This document shows, piece by piece, positions 56,516 to 64,000 of a DNA stretch of 64,000 nt. The position numbers were made by a program, and so were the translations under genes. Within the stretch, counting starts at the first letter, position 1; each line of letters opens with the position of its first letter. The notes under the pieces were generated by a model. That model searched no databases. It saw only the letters and a list, made by a program, of their open reading frames with translations, and was not told where the DNA came from. Source of the stretch: Candidatus Binatia bacterium. GTDB taxonomy: Bacteria > Desulfobacterota > Binatia > HRBIN30. The stretch spans positions 1 through 64,000 of the forward strand of contig JBBRSP010000026.1 in NCBI GenBank assembly GCA_038245295.1, written 5' to 3'.

Positions 56516-58357
56516 ATGCGATATTCGATCCTCGCCCTACTCGTCGTCGTGGCTGCTGCTTCGGCAGCCACCGCCCGGCCCATCGATGTCCCCCTGCAGT
56601 TGGACCATGCCTTCCTGCGCGAGGCGCTGGTCAGCAAGCTCTACACAACGGCAAGCGGCAAAGCTGTGCTGTGGGATGACGGCAGCGGTTGCGGCTTCCT
56701 CAAGCTCCGTGATCCGCAGATCACCACCGTCGGCTCGCGCGTCCGCATCGTCAGTCGTGGCGAAGGGCGCATTGGACAAGCTGTCGGTAGCCAGTGCATC
56801 GCGCCCATCCAGTGGGATGGCTTCATCGAGGTCTTGGAAGAGGTTTGGCTGCCGAGCGACGATCGCCAACTGCGTTTCCGAGTCGTCGAGTCCAACCTCT
56901 ACGACAGCAAAATGAAGAAGGGACTGCTGTCGGCGCAGGTGTGGGATCGCGTCAAGGACAACGTGCAGCCGACCTTCGAGAACGTCAGCATCGATCTCGC
57001 CGACGTCACCAAAGATCTGCGCGATATGCTGCCCCTGGTTTTGACCGGGCACGAGGCGCTCCGCGTCTCACGTGCGGTCGATTCCCTCCGTTTCGTCACC
57101 GCGGCGGCCGCCGAATCCGGCGTGCACCTGCTGCTTCGCTTTGACCTCGAGCCAAACTCCAGCGCCGGCGGTCCGACGCCGGAGCCAACCTTTTCCAGTG
57201 ATGAGCTCGCCCGCTGGGAGGCCGGTTGGGAGCGCTGGGACGGTTTCCTGACCTTTGTCATCAAACACGTCTGGAACGATACGTTGTTCCCCGACCTGCG
57301 CCAGCCGTTAGTCGATGTACTGCTTGACGGTCGCTACGACATCCTCGAGGCCTTGGCGCCAACCGGCGACGGTGCCGCAGACCCGGTGCGCGCCCTCTTC
57401 CTGCGCAGCTGGGAGCGTCTGGCCCCGGTCTTGCGCCAGTCCGCGGCGCGCCAGCCCGGCAGCACCGCGCTGCGCTACTTCAGCTTCGCAACCGCCGCCG
57501 ACGCGTTGGTTGCACTCGATGCCGCCGGCCCGGACATCGGCCTCGACATTTCGGCGGACGGCCTGCGTCGTTTGGCGCGCATCCTGGCGCCGGAGATGGC
57601 GTCGGATCCCCTCGACTACACCACCGGAGTCGATCCCGCCCTGCGTACCCTCTTCGGCTTCGGCCCACCGCTCGATCCACCCGATCTATCCGCCATGCCC
57701 ACCGATGACGTCTCCTGGTGGCGCGGCTGGCTCTCGCCCACCACGGCCTGGGCCGGCGACGACAGCCCACCGGCAGCAACCCTACGAACCTGGCTCGCCG
57801 ACCGCGATAACATCACCGAGTATCTCAACGGCGTCCAAGGGATCTTGAACGAGGCCGCCGCCGCCGTCCTGGCGCGTTCCGGTCTGCCCGACAAGCACCA
57901 GTCGATGTATCGAATGCTCGTCTTGGCAACGGCGTGGAAGGAAAGCTGCTGGCGGCAGTTTGTCGAGCGCTCCGGGAAGATCACCTTCCTGCGTTCGCCC
58001 GTTGGTGCCGCCGGCATGATGCAGATCAACGAGAAAGTCTGGCGCGGCCTCTACGACCTGCGTGGTTTGCGCTGGGACATTCGATACAACGCCCGTGCCG
58101 GGGCCGAGATCGTCCTGCGCTACCTGTCAGACTACGCCATTGCCAAGCGCGAGGACTCGTTCCCCGGAGGCGCCGACAACCTGCCGCGCGCCACCTATGC
58201 CGTGTACAACGGCGGCCCCGGGCATCTAACGCGTTACCGCAAGCCGGGCACCAAGCCGTTGCTGCGCCGGATCGACGAAGGGTTCTACGAAAAGTTCCAG
58301 GCGGTCCGCCGCGGCAAGGTGATGGATGTCGCCAAGTGCATCATTGGTGGCGACTGA
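56516..58357 (+). CDS. Secreted protein with C-terminal lytic transglycosylase (SLT) domain
   Basis: Signal peptide; AWKESCW, GMMQIN and YAVYNGGP motifs. Confidence 0.85.
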   Translation: MRYSILALLVVVAAASAATARPIDVPLQLDHAFLREALVSKLYTTASGKAVLWDDGSGCGFLKLRDPQITTVGSRVRIVSRGEGRIGQAVGSQCIAPIQWDGFIEVLEEVWLPSDDRQLRFRVVESNLYDSKMKKGLLSAQVWDRVKDNVQPTFENVSIDLADVTKDLRDMLPLVLTGHEALRVSRAVDSLRFVTAAAAESGVHLLLRFDLEPNSSAGGPTPEPTFSSDELARWEAGWERWDGFLTFVIKHVWNDTLFPDLRQPLVDVLLDGRYDILEALAPTGDGAADPVRALFLRSWERLAPVLRQSAARQPGSTALRYFSFATAADALVALDAAGPDIGLDISADGLRRLARILAPEMASDPLDYTTGVDPALRTLFGFGPPLDPPDLSAMPTDDVSWWRGWLSPTTAWAGDDSPPAATLRTWLADRDNITEYLNGVQGILNEAAAAVLARSGLPDKHQSMYRMLVLATAWKESCWRQFVERSGKITFLRSPVGAAGMMQINEKVWRGLYDLRGLRWDIRYNARAGAEIVLRYLSDYAIAKREDSFPGGADNLPRATYAVYNGGPGHLTRYRKPGTKPLLRRIDEGFYEKFQAVRRGKVMDVAKCIIGGD

Positions 58358-58366
58358 CCACCTTCA

Positions 58367-58532
58367 CCGCAGGCTGAAGCCTGCGCCTACCCCGCGGAAT
58401 CAAGGGCGAAGGAAAGACCGGTAGGCGCAGGTTTTAGCCTGCGGAGTGCTCCGAATGCGAATTACCGTGCGAAGGCCCGGTAGGCGCAGGCTTCAGCCTG
58501 CGGAGTGCTCCGAATTACCGTGCGAAGGCCCG
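58367..58532. repeat. GTAG-type REP cluster (three copies) with tandem duplication
   Basis: REP copies at 58367-58390 (-), 58421-58444 (+) and 58480-58503 (+). The tail GAATTACCGTGCGAAGGCCCG occurs twice. Lies between convergent genes. Confidence 0.85.
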
Positions 58533-59879
58533 CTAGCCATTGCTGGCAGCGGCCGATTCGATGCACTGCTCGAAGACCCGGCGCCAGTTGGTGACCGTAC
58601 CCAGTTGCTGCAGATACGCGTCGAGGCCCATGAGGGCGCGAAACAGGAAGACGCGATGGCCCGGGTCTTTGAAGTTGCGGCTCTCGAACGCGATGGAAGC
58701 GACCTGCAGGCCGCGCTCGACAGAGTTGTATTCCTTCGGATTGAACTGGCCGTCGCGCGTCACCGGCTCGAAGATGATGTTCATGATGCGGATCATCGGC
58801 GCCGGGTCGTCGTCTGGATCGATATACTCGAGCGTCACCAGGCATTCCGCCATCGTCTTCTTGTCGCCCGCCAGGATCGCCCGCGCCAGCCGCCAGTAGG
58901 CGCGTCGCGTCGCGTCTGGGAAAACGCGGATCGAGCCGAAATCGAGAATGACCAGCTTCGGATGAAACGTGATCAGGTAGTTGCCGGGATTCGGGTCGGT
59001 GTGCAGGACACCAAACTCGAACACCTGACGCCACAGCACACGAAAGTACTTCAGCGCCACCCAGTCCTTGGTCGACTGATCGACGCCCGGGCCGAGAATT
59101 GTCGGGAACGGGTACCCCTCGATATATTCCATCGTCAGGACGCGGCGCGATGAGTACTTCCGAAAGACGTTCGGAATGATCACCTCGTCGTCATCGCTGA
59201 ACATCTTCCGGAAGCGCACGATGTTGTTGGCTTCGCCGAGATAGTCGAGTTCTTCATTGAGACGCTCTTCGAGCTCGCGGGCGACCTCGGATTGATCGAT
59301 CTTCTGGCGCATCACATCGCGGCCGAGGCGCGTGAACGCCTGCAACAGGGCCTTGATGTTCTGGAGATCTTGTTTGACGGTTTCCTCGACCCCCGGATAC
59401 TGCACCTTGACGACGACGTCTTCGCCGGAAGGGAGTTGGGCGCGATGCACCTGACCGAGCGAGGCCGCGGCAAACGCTTCTTTATCGAACGCGGCGAAGA
59501 GCTCTTCGGGAGGTTTGCCGAGCTCGGAAACAATTTGCTTGCGAATCAACTTGTAGTCCATCGGCGGGACCGATGACTGTACCGAGGAGAGCACACCGAG
59601 CACTTCGGTTGGCAGGATGTCGTCGCGCATCGACAGCAACTGGATGAGCTTGGTGAACGCCCCGCGCAGTTCCTTCGAGCCCTCGACGACTTTCACGGCA
59701 CTCTTGATGTGTGTGTCGAGCATCGCCTGCTGGCGCTTGTCGGCAGACTGAAATGGCGCCCGCAGGGCGTTCATCAGGTAACTGGAACCAACCGAGGTCG
59801 CGAGCTCGCCCACCTTGAATACACGCTTGGCGCGTCCCTTCGTGATCTCCCCCGTGGGCTTCTTGCGCGACGTGGCCAT
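58533..59879 (-). CDS. ABC1/UbiB/AarF family atypical kinase
   Basis: KLIQ, AAASLGQVH, VKVQYPG, ELDY..EA, HTDPNPGN and LDFG motifs. Confidence 0.93.
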   Translation of the reverse strand: MATSRKKPTGEITKGRAKRVFKVGELATSVGSSYLMNALRAPFQSADKRQQAMLDTHIKSAVKVVEGSKELRGAFTKLIQLLSMRDDILPTEVLGVLSSVQSSVPPMDYKLIRKQIVSELGKPPEELFAAFDKEAFAAASLGQVHRAQLPSGEDVVVKVQYPGVEETVKQDLQNIKALLQAFTRLGRDVMRQKIDQSEVARELEERLNEELDYLGEANNIVRFRKMFSDDDEVIIPNVFRKYSSRRVLTMEYIEGYPFPTILGPGVDQSTKDWVALKYFRVLWRQVFEFGVLHTDPNPGNYLITFHPKLVILDFGSIRVFPDATRRAYWRLARAILAGDKKTMAECLVTLEYIDPDDDPAPMIRIMNIIFEPVTRDGQFNPKEYNSVERGLQVASIAFESRNFKDPGHRVFLFRALMGLDAYLQQLGTVTNWRRVFEQCIESAAASNG

Positions 59880-59884
59880 CGGCC

Positions 59885-61303
59885 TCAGCGCTTTCGACTC
59901 GCGCGCGTCGCGGCCGCGGCCATCTCACGCCGCTTGCGGATGGTCCAGCCGGCGCGTTCCTCCTGAGGTTTTGGATTGAACACGAGAGCCCCCGCTTCCA
60001 CATCGCGGCGCACGGTGGTTCCCGTGGCGATGTACACATCGTCGCCGATGCGAATCGGTGCGATGAGCTGCGAATCACTGCCGACCTGCACCCGCGCGCC
60101 AATGATGGTGCGCGACTTGCGGAAGCCGTCGTAGTTGCACGTAATCGTGCCGGCGCCGATGTTGCTGCCGGCGCCAATCTCCGTGTCGCCGAGATAGGCG
60201 AGATGATTGGCCTTCGTGCCACGCGCGAGCTGGGCATTCTTCGTTTCGACGAAGTTGCCGATATGCACGGCATCACCGAGGGTGGTTGCCGGTCGCAGCT
60301 GGGCAAACGGACCGACCAGCACGTCGGAGCCGACGGTGGCCTGGGTCATCACAACACCGAACTTGATGTGGGTACGATCGGCGATACGGCTGTCGGTGAT
60401 GTGCGCGCTGCCGTCGATCCGGCAACCCGTGCCAATGGTGGTGACGCCGCGGATGACGGTGCACGGGCCGATGATGGTGTCGCGGCCAATCGTGACGTCG
60501 GGGCCGATGAACGTCGACTCCGGATCCTCGATCGTCACGCCGGCGACCATCCAGTCGTGATTGATACGATCGCGCAGCGTCCGTTCGCGGGCTGCCAGAT
60601 CAACGCGATCGCTGATCTGCACCCCCTCCCCGGCCTGCGCTGCCGAATCGCCGACGCGCAGCCCGTCGCGTTGCGCCAGGGCGATGATATCCGTCAGGTA
60701 CATCTCACGTTGCGCGTTGTTCGGCCGCAGGCGTTTGAGCGCGGCGCCCAGAAACTCCGAGCGCACGCAGTAGACACCGACATTGACCTCGGCGATCAAG
60801 CGCTGTTCAGGCGAGCAGTCGCGATCCTCGACGATGCCCGTCACCTGGCCGTGTTGGTCGCGCAGTATGCGCCCAAAGCTCCGCGGATCGTCGATTGTTT
60901 CGGTCAAGAGAGAGACCGCGGCGTTGCTCTTGCGGTGCGCCGCCAATAGCCGTTTGAAACTTTGCGCCTCGAGGAATGGCAGGTCGCCATAGACCAGGAA
61001 CACGTCACCGGTGAAACCGCGCAACGCCGGCATGGCGCAGCGAACGGCGTGGCCGGTTCCCTTCTGTTCCTTTTGCAAAGCGAAGCGTGCGCCGAACGGA
61101 CCGCACACGGTGCGCACCGCATCGGCCTGATGCCCGACGACGACGACCAGCGGATCGGCGCCGGCTTTGCGCAACGCGCCAAGAGCGTAGGTGATCAGCG
61201 GCTTACCGCCGAGGGCGTGGAGCACCTTGGCCAGCGATGACTTCATCCGCGTGCCGAGACCGGCGGCGAGGACTATGGCGGCGACGCGGCGTTTGGCTGT
61301 CAA
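59885..61303 (-). CDS. glmU: Bifunctional UDP-GlcNAc pyrophosphorylase/glucosamine-1-P acetyltransferase
   Basis: LAAGLGTRMKS, GTGHAV, hexapeptide repeats, HLAYLGD and ITCNYDG. Confidence 0.97.
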   Translation of the reverse strand: MTAKRRVAAIVLAAGLGTRMKSSLAKVLHALGGKPLITYALGALRKAGADPLVVVVGHQADAVRTVCGPFGARFALQKEQKGTGHAVRCAMPALRGFTGDVFLVYGDLPFLEAQSFKRLLAAHRKSNAAVSLLTETIDDPRSFGRILRDQHGQVTGIVEDRDCSPEQRLIAEVNVGVYCVRSEFLGAALKRLRPNNAQREMYLTDIIALAQRDGLRVGDSAAQAGEGVQISDRVDLAARERTLRDRINHDWMVAGVTIEDPESTFIGPDVTIGRDTIIGPCTVIRGVTTIGTGCRIDGSAHITDSRIADRTHIKFGVVMTQATVGSDVLVGPFAQLRPATTLGDAVHIGNFVETKNAQLARGTKANHLAYLGDTEIGAGSNIGAGTITCNYDGFRKSRTIIGARVQVGSDSQLIAPIRIGDDVYIATGTTVRRDVEAGALVFNPKPQEERAGWTIRKRREMAAAATRASRKR

Positions 61304-61392
61304 AACATGATCCTTATAGCTGCGAAGAATTGCAGAGCAAACGCGGGTCGTCGCTCTTACAACGTCGTCGACGGTTTTCTATGCTGTGCCAG

Positions 61393-62619
61393 ATGTATCG
61401 CGCGCTGTGCCGTTGGGCTGCGGTTGCTCTCATCGTCCTCAGTGTTCGTCCGGCCCTGGCCTGCTCCGGCGATTGCAACGGCGACGGTGAGGTTACCATC
61501 GATGAACTGATCCTTGGGGTGAATATCGCGCTCGAGAACGCGCCGACCCTCAGCTGCGCGGCTTTTGATGGCGACCACAGCGGCACGGTGACGATCGACG
61601 AGATTGTCGGGGCGGTGAACGTCGCCCTCACCGGCTGCCCGGCTACCGCCACACCGTCGCCGGCTCGATCCGCAACGCCGACACCCACGGCAACCTTACA
61701 GGCCACGGCAACCGCCACGCCTTCGCCAACGATCAACCACGCGCCCGTGGTAACGCCGAAGCCGATCTACCGCACCTATCCCGATTACCCGATTCATTAC
61801 ACTTTGCCGGTCGGTGATCCGGACAACGATCCACTGACCTGTTCGGTCGGCTCTCTGCCGGAGGGCGCCGTCTACGACGCGTCGGCCCGCGCGCTGGTCT
61901 GGGCTCCGTCGTCGACCCAGGTCGGCCCCGCTTACGTCGACTTCCAATGCGAGGACGATGCATCGCCGCCCGCCGAGGTGGTCGGTAGGCTCGCGATCAA
62001 GGTACAGCGCCCGAGTGCCTGCGTCGTGCCAACATGCGATCCCGCCACTGGTTGCGTCGATGAACTCATCGGCCTGGATCATCGCTGCTGCGATCAAGGC
62101 CCCGTTGCGCCGGTCGAGGAGCCCTTGGCCGGATGCCCGGAAGGGCTGGTCCTCTTCGCCGGAGGCGATCTCAGCGGCTTCGGTGAGCTAGGACAGTGTT
62201 ACACCAAATCGGTCCTCAACTCTGCACAGTCAGCCGCCAGCATCCGCTTCAACCTACGTACCAGCTGTATCTACACCGACGACTTGCCGCGTTTCAGAAT
62301 TGTGGTCGAAACCGCCTCGCGGATCGCGGTCCGCGACAAAGAAGTTGCGGCGTCGGTCAAACGAACCCCTGAGGGGTGGTACGAGAAGAACCAGGTCCCG
62401 TGGGCCATCGATGGCGGCGGACCGTTCTTCGATCTCGAGGGAGCCGAGGCCAATGTCACCTTGTCGATCCGTGACGCACAGAACCAACGTTACACCCAAA
62501 AGCTGCGCGTCCGCCTGACCTTCACACCCATCCCAGACGTCGGCGACCCGGGCGAGCCGCGGCCGACGATCACGGCGACGTTGCCGCGCCCAACCGCTAC
62601 GCCAACGCCCCATCCCTAG
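61393..62619 (+). CDS. Secreted protein: four-Cys dockerin-like module, Thr/Pro linker, Ig/cadherin-like domain
   Basis: Signal peptide ending ALA, CSGDCNGDGEVTIDEL...GC, PT-rich linker, NHAPV..DPDNDPL..LPEGA..LVWAP. Confidence 0.8.
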   Translation: MYRALCRWAAVALIVLSVRPALACSGDCNGDGEVTIDELILGVNIALENAPTLSCAAFDGDHSGTVTIDEIVGAVNVALTGCPATATPSPARSATPTPTATLQATATATPSPTINHAPVVTPKPIYRTYPDYPIHYTLPVGDPDNDPLTCSVGSLPEGAVYDASARALVWAPSSTQVGPAYVDFQCEDDASPPAEVVGRLAIKVQRPSACVVPTCDPATGCVDELIGLDHRCCDQGPVAPVEEPLAGCPEGLVLFAGGDLSGFGELGQCYTKSVLNSAQSAASIRFNLRTSCIYTDDLPRFRIVVETASRIAVRDKEVAASVKRTPEGWYEKNQVPWAIDGGGPFFDLEGAEANVTLSIRDAQNQRYTQKLRVRLTFTPIPDVGDPGEPRPTITATLPRPTATPTPHP

Positions 62620-62703
62620 CTTTGCGAAGCGCGCAAATGCCTCCGCACCAATTGACCAAGGGCTTTTTCAGTTGCTATTGCGCCCGTGGGAGGAACTGAG
62701 CTG

Positions 62704-63054
62704 ATGCCGGTGGTGTACTTCGTCAAGCAACAGAAGTCGGTCGAATGTGCGGTCGGTGAAACGCTGCGCGATGTGGCGCGGGCCAACGGCGTGTCGGTCT
62801 ACGTCTTCCCAAACAACCTTGCCAACTGCCGTGGCTTCGGCCTGTGCGGCACGTGCCGTATCCATGTCGACAATCCGAATGCGGTGAGCGCGCGCACACC
62901 GGCCGACCAGCGCAAGACCGGTTTCGAGGGCGACAACATTCGGCTCGCCTGCCAAACCAAGGTGCTCGGCGATGTTGAGGTCGTGACCAATCCGCGCCGC
63001 CAGCTGGCGTGGATGAACCACCCCACCTACGAGTGGATGCAAAATCTCGAGTAG
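62704..63054 (+). CDS. 2Fe-2S ferredoxin
   Basis: C-x5-C-x2-C (NCRGFGLCGTC) and RLACQ; GGAGGA RBS; upstream TTGACC-N18-TATTGC. Confidence 0.9.
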   Translation: MPVVYFVKQQKSVECAVGETLRDVARANGVSVYVFPNNLANCRGFGLCGTCRIHVDNPNAVSARTPADQRKTGFEGDNIRLACQTKVLGDVEVVTNPRRQLAWMNHPTYEWMQNLE

Positions 63055-63085
63055 ATCCGAACGCAACTTCAGAAACCAACGACCG

Positions 63086-63568
63086 ATGATTGAGAAGCAC
63101 GATTTCCGCCGTGTCCTCGGTAGCTTCGCCGCCGGGGTTACCATCGTCACGACCCGCACAAGCGATGGTGCTCTCTACGGACTGACCGCCACTGCGTTCA
63201 CCTCGGTGTCCCTCAACCCGCCCTTGGTTTTGGTGTGCGTCGACAAACGCTCAGAGAGCCACCCTCACTTGCCCGACTCGAAGATCTTTGCGGTCAACTT
63301 GCTGGCGGCGGATCAGGTAGAGTTGTCGAATCGGTTTGCCGTCTCGGGGGCCGACAAGTTTGCCGGGCTGGAGACGACAACAAAGATCACCGGAGCCCCA
63401 ATCCTCAAGGGCGTGCTCGGCTATCTCGACTGCAAGACGACACAGATCGTCGATGCCGGCGACCACACCATCTTCATCGGTGAGATCCAGGCTCTCGACG
63501 CGTTCGACGGCGAGCCGCTGGTGCATTTCCGCGGCGCTTACCGAAGCGTGACGGAGGCGATCAAGTAG
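63086..63568 (+). CDS. Flavin reductase family protein (HpaC/RutF-like)
   Basis: FRRVLGSFAAGVTIVT, SVSLNPPL and GDHTIFIGE motifs. Confidence 0.93.
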   Translation: MIEKHDFRRVLGSFAAGVTIVTTRTSDGALYGLTATAFTSVSLNPPLVLVCVDKRSESHPHLPDSKIFAVNLLAADQVELSNRFAVSGADKFAGLETTTKITGAPILKGVLGYLDCKTTQIVDAGDHTIFIGEIQALDAFDGEPLVHFRGAYRSVTEAIK

Positions 63569-63617
63569 GGGGCACGCGCCACGTGCCCGGGTGCAGGGTG
63601 CGGGGTCGGTCAACCCA

Positions 63618-64000
63618 TTACTTGGCGAAGGCCAGCAGGCCGATCAGGTCAACAGCGAAGTACGCGGCGATGACCGCGGCACCGGCGTAATCCTTGGCGA
63701 GTCGCTGTCCCGTCAGCAGACCGAGGAGCGCGATTCCCGACACGGCGAGCCCGGCGGCGCTGACACCCATCCCCGGCGTCACGAAGTCGAAGAAGATCAA
63801 TCCGGTGGCACACAGCAAACCGGCGGCGCCCTCGATGCCGGTGATGACGAGCAGCAGCCACGGGATGTATTCAGTCGGAATCGGGCTGCTCTTGAAGTGG
63901 TCTTTGAAGAACGCGGCGTTGCCTTGTGCATCCATCAACTTGTCGACCGCCGACTGCAGAAAGACGACGGCGAAGAAGGCGGTCACCAGAAAGCGGGCCA
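63618..64000 (-). CDS. DoxX-like membrane protein (5' end outside the window)
   Basis: FLQSAVDK, HF..SP and GQRLAKDYAGA; frame is open to the window edge. Confidence 0.8.
   Translation of the reverse strand, partial: ARFLVTAFFAVVFLQSAVDKLMDAQGNAAFFKDHFKSSPIPTEYIPWLLLVITGIEGAAGLLCATGLIFFDFVTPGMGVSAAGLAVSGIALLGLLTGQRLAKDYAGAAVIAAYFAVDLIGLLAFAK

Noticed and set aside
58367..58532. Possible CRISPR array
   Set aside because: The repeats include an inverted copy, the intervening sequences are near-identical rather than unique spacers, and there are no cas genes. It is a REP cluster.
1..64000. tRNA, rRNA, prophage, integrase, transposase or defence genes; recoding (selenocysteine, programmed frameshift)
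   Set aside because: None recognisable by eye. tRNAscan-SE, Infernal and HMM scans would be needed to exclude them formally.

Overview
GC-rich bacterial chromosome segment, most likely Candidatus Binatia (Binatota; inferred from two secreted proteins carrying the C-x-G-D-C...VTIDE...GC module and from the deltaproteobacteria-like gene order). It holds about 55 protein-coding genes. Housekeeping genes: greB, clpP, gatCAB, serS, purU, uvrB, argH, dapF-dapA-dapB, glmU. Lipid/acyl-CoA catabolic genes: ceramidase, three acyl-CoA ligases, a CaiB-type CoA-transferase, enoyl-CoA hydratase, thiolase, a PhyH-type dioxygenase. Also a MoxR/CoxE pair, envelope proteins and several secreted proteins. I saw no rRNA, tRNA, CRISPR array or transposase. 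The most distinctive signals are: (1) nested non-autonomous elements in the intergenic DNA, notably a 160-bp MITE that inserts into the tetraloop of CGTC-type REP hairpins, duplicates the loop, and carries two such hairpins itself, so it nests into its own copies; a second, IS4-like MITE has hit the same hairpin; (2) a shared 59-aa four-cysteine dockerin-like module at the mature N-terminus of two unrelated secreted proteins; (3) a nitrosocyanin-like cupredoxin with an altered copper ligand set; (4) repeated sigma70-like promoters, mostly lacking the -7 T, placed directly before start codons that have no Shine-Dalgarno, suggesting leaderless mRNAs. All product calls come from motif recognition by eye, not database searches.
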